DNA of 63,978 bases, filler included, from Octopus bimaculoides (Eukaryota): NCBI RefSeq assembly GCF_001194135.2. It is 5 parts of 5 records of this genome, joined end to end, with 100 filler letters (N's around TTAATTAATTAA, not from the genome) between each part and the next. Parts side by side here need not be neighbours in the genome. Positions count along the whole stretch, not along the records: positions 1 to 10,971 come from NC_069001.1; 4 more parts are not named here. One strand, given 5' to 3'. Each line of letters starts with the position of its first letter. Within the stretch, counting starts at the first letter, position 1. The notes under the pieces are model-generated. The model made no database searches, had not been told where the DNA came from, and worked only from the letters and a program-made list of their open reading frames with translations. The position numbers were made by a program, and so were the translations under genes. This document shows positions 1 through 10,412 of this stretch, piece by piece.

Positions 1-192
1 GCGGGTGACACGTAAAAGCACCCACTACACTCTCTGAGTGGTTGGCGTTAGGAAGGGCATCCAGCTGTAGAAACTCTGCCAAATCAGACTGGAGCCTGGT
101 GTTGCCATCCGGTTTCACCAGTCCTCAGTCAAATCGTCCAACCCATGCTAGCATGGAAAGCGGACGTTAAACGATGATGATGATGATGATGA
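1..192 (+). mobile_element. 3' portion of an RTE-tail repeat (SINE or LINE 3' end) ending in (GAT)n
   Basis: Near-identical to 28012-28200. Ends catggaaagcggacgttaaa(cgatgat)n. Many more copies in the window. Confidence 0.8.
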
Positions 193-557
193 ATGTCTAA
201 TCCATTCTGGCATGGATTGGACTATTTGACAGGAGCTGCCTGGACTCTACGTCTGTTTTGGCATGGTTTCTATAGTTGGATGCCCATCCTAACACCACAC
301 AGCACTCACAAGCCCACAAGATGGGGATCATTCAGCTGAAAAGGGATGCAGGAGACATGTCTGTATACAGTGACAACTATGATTTTACTTAGCTTGTCCT
401 TCTTTGGACGCAAAACCCTGCTTGCGAAGATTGAACCAAATTCATTGATTGGCACCCATGCCAACCTTCCTTCATTGGACACTAAACTCAGTTTGTGAAG
501 ACCTGTTGGGGCAAATGAGATTGAAACTGAACCAAATTCGATGACTGGCGGTCTTGC

Positions 558-1160
558 TTCCGTGCCAGTGGCACGTAAAAAGCACCATTTGAGTATGATC
601 GTTTCCAGCTTCGCCTTACTGGTGCTTGTGCCGGTGGCATATGAACAAAACATTGGACTGACTCCTGTGCAGGTGGCATGTAAAAAAACACCATTTGAGC
701 GTGGCCATTGCCAGTACCGCCAGACTGGCCCTTGTGCTGGTGGCACGTAAAAAGCACCCACTACACTCTCGGAGTGGTTTGTGTTAGGAAGGGCATCCAG
801 CTGTAGAAACTCTGCCAGATNNNNNNNNNNTTCCGTGCCAGTGGCACGTAAAAAGCACCATTTGAGTATGATCGTTTCCAGCTTCGCCTTACTGGTGCTT
901 GTGCCGGTGGCATATGAACAAAACATTGGACTGACTCCTGTGCAGGTGGCATGTAAAAAAACACCATTTGAGCGTGGCCATTGCCAGTACCGCCAGACTG
1001 GCCCTTGTGCTGGTGGCACGTAAAAAGCACCCACTACACTCTCGGAGTGGTTTGTGTTAGGAAGGGCATCCAGCTGTAGAAACTCTGCCAGATCAGATTG
1101 GAGTCTGGTGTAGCCATCTGGTTCGCCAGTCCCCAGTCAAATCGTCCAACCCATGCTAGC
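558..1160 (+). mobile_element. RTE-tail repeat copy, apparently duplicated across a 10-N gap
   Basis: 558-820 is repeated at 831-1091. Same tail family as 1-192. Confidence 0.75.
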
Positions 1161-1164
1161 ATGG

Positions 1165-2070
1165 AAAGTGGACGTTAAATGGTGTGTCTTTTCAAGCACA
1201 GCAAATCTCCAGGAGTCACAGTCCCTTGTCATCCCTTTGTGAGGCCCAATGTCTGAAGAATCTTTTTCACCTCCCATATCTTAGCAGGTCTACACTTTCC
1301 AGACATTACCTCCACAGTTAGAGATTAGCGCTTGATGATGCATCTGTCTTTGTTCATATGCAATACATGACTGCACCAGCACAGTCTTCTCTCTTGCAAA
1401 CTACATCTGATGCCTTGTATACCCAGTTTTTCTCTCAAATCACATTCTGTATATGCATACTGACATTACCCATTCAGTGGATTATACTGGCTTCATTTCT
1501 TTCAAGTTTTCACATATCCTCAGTAGTCATAGCCCATGTCTCACTGCCATGTAGCATAGCTGTTCATTCAGAGGCATCATACAATCTGCCTTTCAGCCTA
1601 TTCTTATTCTATCAGCTTTGCTTTCGGACAACCTCCACCACTGCTAACTTGGTCAGCTAAGTAACAGAAACTGCCTACTATTTTAAGGATCCCTCCTGAC
1701 ATTTGAGTAAGTCTAGTTTTCGTATATTCTGCGTGTTTAATGTACCTGCATGTCTACCACATGTCTACCTGCATGTCTACCACATGTAACGATTACTTTT
1801 TCTGTTAATCTTCTAGTGATATTGCTGCATCTCTTATGTGTCTATAGCTTGCACTGGGTACACTGTATGGGATTTCTACTGACACCTTTTCTACATATCA
1901 AGCAAGGCCATCTCCCTGGAGGGATTTGTCTGTTTTCCTACTTATTAGGACTTGGGTCTTTGCTAAATTAACTGATTCCAGACCTTGCTTCCATATCTGA
2001 AATTTCTTCTCTAGTTCTGGTAGTGATTCAGCAATAAGAACAAGGTCATCAGCATAGAGGAGCTCCTCTA
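1165..2070 (-). pseudogene. RTE-clade LINE RT C-terminal/3' fragment, decayed
   Basis: Minus-strand translation ELLYADDLVLIAESLPELEKKFQIWKQGLES contains the YADD motif, followed by a Cys-rich C-terminal region. Resembles 33630-35060. Confidence 0.85.
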
Positions 2071-2095
2071 CACCAATGACCTTGTCCTTACACAT

Positions 2096-2140
<45 letters not shown>

Positions 2141-3140
2141 CATAGAGGGTTCAGCAGCTATATAGAGATTACGTTAATGGTTTTTCATAGCCGGTTTGGT
2201 TACTGTTTGTGTAATACTATTTTTATATGTTTCCTATTTGGAATTAGATAATAAATATATTTTACTTTTGAAGTAGGAATATATATTGATAAACATGTCA
2301 CTTATAACTTATAAGTGTTATCATTATACATAAATCCTGACTCCAGCTACATAAATGCCATAGCGAGAAATATATACTCTGGAACGCTAACGGACATTTT
2401 ATGTATGCATGTATGTTGAAGATAAATAAATTTGTGTTCTTTTAACCGCTATAAAAAATACACAGTTTCATAATTGCAGAAATAAATTTCATTAACAAGC
2501 TGAAGAACATGAAGAAAGAGAAAATAATTACTACATTATTTTATTTATGTACATTTAGCATTTATAGTACAATTGGAAAGTAAAGTCAATTTGTCATAGA
2601 GAGTTATGACTTAAAATTCACACTAGCTAATCTTTCATACTAACTACTAGAGCTCACAACAATTTAAATAAGTCTTGTTGGATTTTTATCATATACATGG
2701 CATAAAAAATAGCCAATATCTCAAGGAGTGAGTGTCATGGAGTTTAGTAACATCCTACGAACACTGATTAATTTCCCCAAAATCAGGGTTTCTGTAACTG
2801 CTCATACCTGAATTCTAAGAACCGTATTTTGTGAAAGAATTCTCTTTGACAAAAGTTTAGAATTCAAATATGGGCAGTAATTTTAACCAATGGGATACCA
2901 ACAATTATGCTTGTTCGGGCAAACAACCATTACGTCATGTTACTGCCTTTTACGACTTGCTACAGGTTCACCAAGTCCAAAGAAGCAGATTTATATATAT
3001 CCAGATATATATATATAAAAATACAAAAATGGGACAAAAATACATAGATGTGTATATATATATATATATATATAGTAATATATACATAGATGTGTATATA
3101 TATATCTATATATTTGTAAAAATATGTGACACTTATTCGG

Positions 3141-3214
3141 TAGCCATGATAAAACTCCGAGTTTCGGATGTCAGGGCAGAAACCCACACTGCCATCTCTT
3201 CAGTTATCTGGCCA
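3141..3214 (-). ncRNA. Type I hammerhead ribozyme fold (orphan family A)
   Basis: Minus strand reads UGGCCA GAUAA CUGAAGA GAUG-GCAG(loop)CUGC-CCUGA-CAUC C GAAA CU CGG AG U U UUAUC A UGGCUA. Core is intact, stem I is GAUAA/UUAUC plus UGGCCA/UGGCUA, and the triplet is GUU. Confidence 0.8.
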
Positions 3215-3435
3215 TTGAAAATTGCTGTGAAAATGACCGTTAAACAAAGGGCAATTACTGTGTGATTGACCGTTATTAAGACAAAAGAGCTATTAGAATG
3301 ACCGCTAAGTGAGGGGAGGGAGTAAAAATGTCCTTAGTGTTCGCGTAAGCGCACCAGTCCATACATGCGCACTCGCACACCCACGTACATGTGCCTATAT
3401 GTATATACCCATCCACCCTCGCTTGAAAGACACAT

Positions 3436-3862
3436 GGATGGAAGTTGGTAGTCAATATATTATTTAGCTACATTTGGATGTGTATAGGTTAATTCTTAAT
3501 AACATGCTCATATATTGTTTACAACAACAAAAAAAAGAGAAGCTGCACGTATAACACATAACATAGAAGCAGCGCCCCACAGATGTACCAACACACACGA
3601 GATTGAAACATAGCCGACCTCACACACTTCTCATGAGGAATTCCGGAAGAAGCTTCTCGAGACCACTACTGAGACGCTTCGGAAAAAAAGAAAACCGTTG
3701 GAAAACAGTTTATAGCAGAGACTCCATCTAAGAAGATCTGAAGAAGGAATTGTAATTCCGAAATATCATCGGACTATAGATAACCAAATTACAACAGGTA
3801 TATAATCCATTTTTTGTTCTATAGTGCATTGTTGTACCATTCTAAACTTTTTGTTCTTTACA
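3436..3862 (+). repeat. 5' pseudo-LTR of the Penelope element
   Basis: High identity by eye to 6132-6558, from ggatggaagttggta to ttgttctttaca. Confidence 0.95.
3726..3781 (+). ncRNA. Minimal type I hammerhead ribozyme in the 5' pLTR
   Basis: AUCUA AGAA GAU CUGAAGA A GGAAU UGUA AUUCC GAAA UA UC AUC GGACUA UAGAU. Stem I has an internal loop, stem II is 5 bp, and stem III is the palindrome AUAU. Confidence 0.85.
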
Positions 3863-3873
3863 AACAATACACA

Positions 3874-6150
3874 ATGCTTCAAGCGAACTACAATACTCTC
3901 CTATCTCTACGACTGGGCCAGGCCGAGTTCGCAACTGTTAAGGAGTTGATCAAGCTATCTGAGAAACGTGCTAAAATCGGATGCCAAATAAACTTTCTTA
4001 AACGCTGCCTAAAAATCAACATAATTCCCAACCCTCGTGTTTTCACAGCCCTACCATTCGGCGATCACTGAAATACATACATATGTTCGTCATCAGAAAA
4101 ATCTTACACCATCTGCACCAACAACTACATGAGCATACACGCAAATTCTCTGAAATAATATCCAGCATCACGTCAACCAGTGGACATACATACCGAAGAA
4201 TAACCGCAGCTATTGACCGATGCTACCACCACTGCGTTGACCAAGAGAAGAAACGCCTCAAACCTAAATTCCAGTGGCTTTGTACCAAATACCGACACAA
4301 CTCGGCCTATTACACCAACACAGATGAACAGGACACGTCCACAGAACGAGATAACACTAACACCGAAGACACCAACACACCATCAACAACAAAATCCCTA
4401 GTCACAGACTTGAGTGGGTCACTCTCCCATGAAGAACTAGAACTTCTCAGCCTGGGACCTAAATTTATCTTGAGCTAACAGCTGAATGAAAAAATCTTAT
4501 TCGACCTGGAAGCCAACTTTTGTCGAACAGCATACCAACTCAAATGGCTGTTGGTAATAAAGAAGAACAACAACACACCTGGCAAATTTCCTACNNNNNN
4601 NNNNAACATTTAAGCAATGACAGACTATATTCTGAAGTGACCGATATAACTGCGACCAGGATTGAGGACCGAATTAACACCGCATGGACGGACATCTGTA
4701 GACGGAGACAAATACATAATAAATTCAAGAACAACTTCATCACAAAGAACAATAGATTAACCAGATTTTATCACCTTATTAAAACACACAAGAATAGCAA
4801 CACGATCCAGATTAGACGCATCGTCTCCAGCGTGGAAGTATCTAGTTACTTTCTCGCATCCTGAAACCCATACTCTCAACCTTTCCGGGACACGTCAAGA
4901 ACTCCGACGAAGTCATCAAAAGACTGCTCCAATTACCCCCAGACCAACTCAGGCAAAACAGATATGCTTTTCGTCTTGACGTTGTCTCAATGTACACAAC
5001 GGTGCCAGCACACTCAGCGGTCAACCTATTGACTGACTGCATAATAGCGTCCAACATCCAATGCTTCGGACTTACCACAGCTGATATCCACCAACTTTTG
5101 TCCATCATCGTGGACAACACCTACTTCGCTTTCCAGGACCATATATACAAACAGACAACAGGTCTCCCCATGGGATCCAGTCTCTCGGGCCTACTAGCCA
5201 TCACGTATATGAACCATCTGGAACGTCGAGCACTCAACATTTGCCGCTCATGCGCCTTCTTCATCAGTTACGTAGATGACATCCTCATATTCACAACCTC
5301 CTGTGAAGAGGCTGACAGAATATTCACAACGTTCAACGACACTATAGAACATCCTGACATCACTGGATCACTATCATTACTTGATTTCAAACTGAATATA
5401 ATGGAAGAAGGAGAGATCCACACCGAGTTCTATAGGAAAGCAGCTAGTAGAGATATGTTTGTCCAATACAATTCAGCACTTCCACTCGGTGCCAAAATAG
5501 GATATGCCAGAAACGAACTTGCACGCATCCAAGGTAAATGCAACAGAACAGAGGACAAGGTGACCCACACTACACGCTTCCTAGATATATTGAAAACCAA
5601 CGGGTATCCTAGATCCATTGTAAATCGGCTTAAGTATCCAAGACAACCAACATGCCGAACACAGAAAACCCAGCAACACATGCTTCCTTAAAATACCCCA
5701 TTTTAGCGAGAGGATAACTACAGCCATCCGAAGAGCCATATGAAGAAAAGGGCTAGACATACAACTAGCCCACTCCGGCCCCTCTCTGAGAGCACACCTT
5801 GCAAAGAAACGAACAAGGGACAACAATCAATGCATATTAACAAATTGTCCCATCCGTGACACAGATTTATGCCAACGGGTAAATGTTGTGTATAAAATAC
5901 AATGTAACAAATGCAACAAGTTCTATGTGGGAAGCACAACAAGACCGTTAGACGTCCGCATCAAAGAACATCTGAACACAAGAGCCTCCTCCTTCAGAAA
6001 ACATTGAGACAGATGCCGGAACACTGATAAAAGCATAACAGTCACAATTGAGGCCAATGAAAGAAATTTGGGTAATTTAAGAATCAAGGAAGCTTTACTC
6101 ATACACAGACTAGGACCCCAAATTAACAACAGGATGGAAGTTGGTAATCA
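3874..6150 (+). pseudogene. Penelope RT / GIY-YIG polyprotein with frameshifts, stops and a 10-N gap
   Basis: ORF pieces at 3814-4071 (N-terminal INFLKRCLKINIIP), 4083-4478, 4520-4864 and 4990-5691 (RT), plus GIY-YIG at about 5880-6130. Confidence 0.9.
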
Positions 6151-6558
6151 ATATATTATTTAGCTACATCTGGATGCATGTAGGTTAATTCTTAATAACA
6201 TGCTCATATATTGTTTACAACAACAAAAAAAAAAGAGAAGCTGCACGTATAACACATAACTTAGAAGCAGCGCCCCACAGATGTACCAACACACACGAGA
6301 TTGAAACAGCCGACCTCACGCACTTCTCATGAGGAATTCCGGAAGAAGCTTCGTGAGACCACTACTGAGACGCTTCGGGAAAAAAGAAAACCGTTGGAAA
6401 ACAGTTTATAGCAGAGACTCCATCTAAGAAGATCTGAAGAAGGAATTGTAATTCCGAAACATCATCGGACTATAGATAACCTAATTACAACAGGTATGTA
6501 GTCCATTTTTTGTTCTATAGTGCATTGTTGTACCATTCTAAACTTTTTGTTCTTTACA
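6132..6558 (+). repeat. 3' pseudo-LTR of the Penelope element
   Basis: Direct repeat of 3436-3862. It overlaps the end of the ORF, as is usual for PLEs. Confidence 0.95.
6422..6477 (+). ncRNA. Hammerhead ribozyme in the 3' pLTR
   Basis: Same fold as 3726-3781, but stem III reads GAAA CA UC (C-A mismatch). Confidence 0.8.
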
Positions 6559-6744
6559 TACTAATGTATATTTATTTAATATTCATTACACTAGAGCTGC
6601 TTTTACTTCATATGTAAATATATATATAGATGTACCTTATGGTTTTGTGTATGTATTTACAATATTTTTATCTCCCTATATCTTATCATCTTTAGAATGT
6701 ATATTTGCAATATTTACATCTATATATGTATCTTAAAATCATTT

Positions 6745-7613
6745 TATTCCATCCATCCATTTCTAGTGCCCACTATTTGTGGGAAGGTAGTAGTTGGGGC
6801 AGAGTCTTCAGACACCTCCATAGAGTCTTATCAAGAGCAACTATCATTATGCTTTCCTGCTGGATTCTCAAGCATAGTCAACTGAAACCATGGCTGTTAT
6901 CCAACTGTTTTGCTTGTAGTCCACTCCTGAGTCTCTTGCTGGTTGATTTGTCTTACAATCTTTCCCTGTGACATTCTAGTCACATATCTGTAGTACCAAA
7001 TTTGTGACCTTTCAATACAGAAAAGTAGCAGCTTGACCTAGAGAGACTTCATTTCAGCTATACATCCTTCGGAGAAATTTCATTTTAGACGATTGTATTC
7101 CTAATTGTACTCTTTTCATCATTATGCAACATTCATGATCATAAGTGAGGACAGGCACATACAGATAGCAAGTTTGGCTATCTTTACCAACCCCTACACT
7201 TCTGAAGATTAAATGCTAGAGCTGGCATGTTACTGAGCCAGTACCTGCAATTCTAGCAACCAATTCACCTCCTGCCTCCTATCTCTCATGAATACAGCCC
7301 TGAAATACTTAATCTTCTTCACTTGTCACAGTTATGTTCCACTAACATGTGAAGTGCAGTACAAAGACTTTCTTGAGAGGGCCTATGTTTCAGTCTTTGC
7401 AACATTAATTCTCATCCCTACCTTGCAGCACTTCTCAGTGAACCCATTTGGTGCATGCTAGAGATTACCTGATGAGTAGCACCATGTCATCAGCAAATAT
7501 CAGCCAACTGATCACCAATCCTACACCCACCAATCGTGATACCACTTCCACAAAAACTGCACATCAATCCTGTTCATAAAATTTATGAAAAGAAGAGGTA
7601 CAAATACACACTC
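6745..7613 (-). pseudogene. RTE-clade LINE, 3' RT half
   Basis: Minus-strand ECVFVPLLFINFMNRID ... LIFADDMVL, with a (TGGA)n-like tail near 6745-6760. Collinear with 8476-9705. Confidence 0.8.
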
Positions 7614-7657
7614 TTATTTACATTTGATGGATATTTGTCCTCATCTTGTTTGTTGTT

Positions 7658-7703
7658 AACATAACATTTCAGCTGATATACCCTCCAGCCTTCAGCAGGT
7701 ATC
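7658..7703 (-). ncRNA. Hammerhead fold, SINE-borne family C, degenerate core
   Basis: GAUAC CUGCUGA A GGCUG GAGGGUAUAU CAGCU GAAA UG UU AUGUU. The A6>C substitution is probably inactivating. Confidence 0.7.
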
Positions 7704-8009
7704 TTGGGGAAATTTCGAACCTGGGTTCTCATTCCTAAGGTATTTTTCGATATTATTATTATTATTATTCAGGTTACTGCCTGAAATTGAACTCAGAATC
7801 TTGGGGTTAGTAGCCCGTGCTCTTAACCCCANNNNNNNNNNTTCGAACCTGGGTTCTCATTCCTAAGGTATTTTTCGATATTATTATTATTATTATTCAG
7901 GTTACTGCCTGAAATTGAACTCAGAATCTTGGGGTTAGTAGCCCGTGCTCTTAACCCCAAGATTCCTAGTTCGATTCCAGGCAGTGACCTGAATAATAAT
8001 AATAATAAT

Positions 8010-8040
<31 letters not shown>

Positions 8041-8340
8041 TAGAAAGGATTGAGGTAACTCCTCCTGAAGATATAGAGTCAAAATTAAAAGAAGAGTGCC
8101 ATTGTTTTAATTTTGACTCTATATCTTCAGGAGGAGTTACCTCAGTCCTCTCTATATTAACCAAAACGAAGTAGATTGACAAATTTATTTTTTGAACCCG
8201 TTGAAGACACACAGGATGTCGAAATATCGTTCACTAGATAACAATGGCACTCTTCTTTTAATTTTGACTTTAATAGTAATAATAATAATAACATTGAAAA
8301 ATACCTTAGGAATGAGAACCCAGGTTCGAAATTTCCCCAA

Positions 8341-8386
8341 GAGACCTGATGAAGACTGGAGGGTATATCAGCTGAAATGTTGTGTT
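8341..8386 (+). ncRNA. Hammerhead fold, SINE-borne family C
   Basis: GAGAC CUGAUGA A GACUG GAGGGUAUAU CAGCU GAAA UG UU GUGUU. Core is intact; stems I and II each carry one mismatch. Confidence 0.75.
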
Positions 8387-8475
8387 AACAACAAACAAGA
8401 TGAGGACAAATATCTGTCAAATGTAAATAATGTAAATATTGTACATATTTCCTCATCTCTTAAATATAGAACTGT

Positions 8476-9705
8476 AAATACACACTCCTGTCAAAGTCCA
8501 ACGCCCACATTGAAAGGTTTCAACTTTGCACCATTTACCCAAAAAGAAACCTTTGGGCATTCATATAGATACTTCAATTAGAGCACTCTCTCTCTCGTGT
8601 CCCTTTTTAAAAACTAGGATTATCACCCTGGCTTACCATTGCTTTGGTATCTTTCCAAAGGTTCAAGCCACTTGACATACACAAGTCAGAGAACACCTTC
8701 TCTGTTTAAGGCTTTTAGCATCTCTGGCCTAACTTCATCCTTTCCAGCAGTCTTGTCACATTTGTTAATTTTAATCTCCTTTGTAACTTCGTCTTCTGTG
8801 AGGTTAGTCTTCACCCCTAGATACATCTTATGTCCACCAGAAGATTTTATTGTAACTGGACTTAGGAGACCAGCAAAGTATTCTTTTCACTTCCCAAGGA
8901 TACTCTTCTCTATAGAGAGAAGAATTGCAGCTGAGTTCTTAATGATGGGCATGGAAGAGAGTTTTTTGTCACAAAGTCAGCAGATGGTTTTCCAGAATAC
9001 TTTTAAATTGCTAAAGTTAGAGTCCAGCTTAACCTCAGAGTTCTCCCATGACTTAGCTGTAGATATTTTACTGTCTCTGCTGTAACTCTTTGTGCCTCAG
9101 TGTACTGCATGTGCTAAAGGGGAGACTTGGTTCCAAGCCAAGCTCTGTGGCCACCTTTGTTCATGTGGCATCTTTAACTTCCTGATTAAATCGTTTTGAT
9201 TTGCCACATGGTGCTGAACAAAACAATCTCAACTCCATTTCAACATCCTCAGTTTGTGCAGAAGTGTCTGCATATTTGTTTCTGATCCTATCATCTACCA
9301 GGGCCTTCCACTTTATCTTGTAAGTCATACCGAACGTATCGGTGTTGTTAGTTCCTCATGCTGTAAATAGTCTCATGTTCCAGACAACTAGGTGGAGATC
9401 AGTTGATAGCTCGGCTCCTCTTTTGATGTGGACATTCAGCACAGAATCAAAGAGGTCAGAGGCAATAACAAAATCTACCAACAATCTCTGTCCAGAAGTA
9501 TCCCTATACCAGGTATACTTATGGATATCCCTGTGCTCGAAGAATGTGTTCATAATGGAGAGCCCATTTCTAGCACAGAAGTTTAGTAAGGACCCCTCCA
9601 TTCACACTGAGTTCAGGCTTACCATTCCCTTAAATCACTCCTTTCCAAATCTGGTGACCTGTGCCAGTATATGCATTAACATTTCCTTGCAGGATAAATG
9701 ACTTG
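8476..9705 (-). pseudogene. RTE-clade LINE, AP-endonuclease C-terminus to RT N-terminus
   Basis: LLNFCARNGLSIMNTFFEHRDIHKYTWYRDTSGQRLLVDFVIASD is a typical APE C-terminal motif. Confidence 0.88.
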
Positions 9706-9832
9706 GTCTTAACTATATCTAAAGCTGCAACTTTTTCAAGGAGGGATTTATATTTGGTGTTGCAGTTTCGTGTATATACTTGCAACAGCCACATCTGTCC
9801 TTCCTAAACTTCAACAAGCAATTAAACCTAGT

Positions 9833-10040
9833 TAAGGTGGTGAGCTGGCAGAAACGTTAGCATGCTGGGCGAAATACTTAACAGTATTTCGTCAGCCGTT
9901 ACATTCTGAGTTCTAATTCCGCCGAGGTCGACTTTGCCTTTCATCCTTTCAGGGTCGATAAATTAAGTACCAGTTACGCACTGGAGTCAATGTAATCGAC
10001 TTAATCCCTTTGTCTGCCCTTGTGGGCAATAAAGAAATAT
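9833..10040 (+). mobile_element. tRNA-derived Nin/Deu-domain SINE with 15-bp TSD
   Basis: Contains gaggtcgactttgcctttcatcctttcagggtcgataaattaagtaccag. TSD GCAATTAAACCTAGT at 9818-9832 and 10041-10055. Confidence 0.85.
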
Positions 10041-10304
10041 GCAATTAAACCTAGTCAAAAGATTTTTTGTACTTCTGGCTTTAATTAATAGTTCAAACAA
10101 GTTACATATGAAAATATATCCCAACATATTCTATTGTTTGTTGCCATTGCTTATATCATTTGAACTTCCATCTGTGAGGAAATGAGCCATGGCTCAGAAA
10201 AGATGGTAATCTGACGGTGCAAGATCTGGACTGTAGCACGGTCAGGCAACATTTCCAGCTCCCCCCACCCGTTTTTGGTTGGTCATATTGACCAGTCAAT
10301 TTGT

Positions 10305-10412
10305 AAGAATGTGAATCACAAGGCTTTGGTCAGCCCAAGGCTATTGTTGAAGACACTTGTCCAAGGTTCCATGCAGTGTGGTTAGGAAGCAAATTTACTA
10401 CACAGCCATGCC
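10305..10412 (-). mobile_element. CORE-type tRNA SINE fragment
   Basis: Reverse complement of the 13681-type head/core. Confidence 0.65.

Larger units (their letters stand above)
3436..6558 (+). mobile_element. Penelope-like retroelement (Penelope/Poseidon type), near full length, decayed
   Basis: Direct terminal repeats at 3436-3862 and 6132-6558 flank a broken ORF with RT (QTTGLPMGSSLSG, YVDD) and GIY-YIG endonuclease (VVYKIQCNKCNKFYVGSTTRPLDVRIKEHL). Confidence 0.95.
7614..8475. mobile_element. Head-to-head foldback insertion of a tRNA-headed, hammerhead-bearing SINE-like element
   Basis: Flanked by an exact 12-bp TSD AAATACACACTC (7602-7613, 8476-8487) inside the RTE RT ORF. The outer inverted arms each carry an HHR. 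Confidence 0.85.

Noticed and set aside
306-1034. 242-aa minus-strand ORF with internal repeat
   Set aside because: Built from the artefactual duplication of a repeat and read through Ns.
558-1091. Apparent 263-bp tandem duplication
   Set aside because: Exact copies on both sides of a 10-N gap, typical of an unmerged contig overlap.
7714-7959. Apparent 118-bp tandem duplication inside the foldback
   Set aside because: Same 10-N gap overlap artefact. It was discounted when interpreting the element.
7925-7990. tRNA gene (also SINE heads at 13681, 24021, 63240)
   Set aside because: No acceptor stem or terminator. These are tRNA-derived SINE heads.
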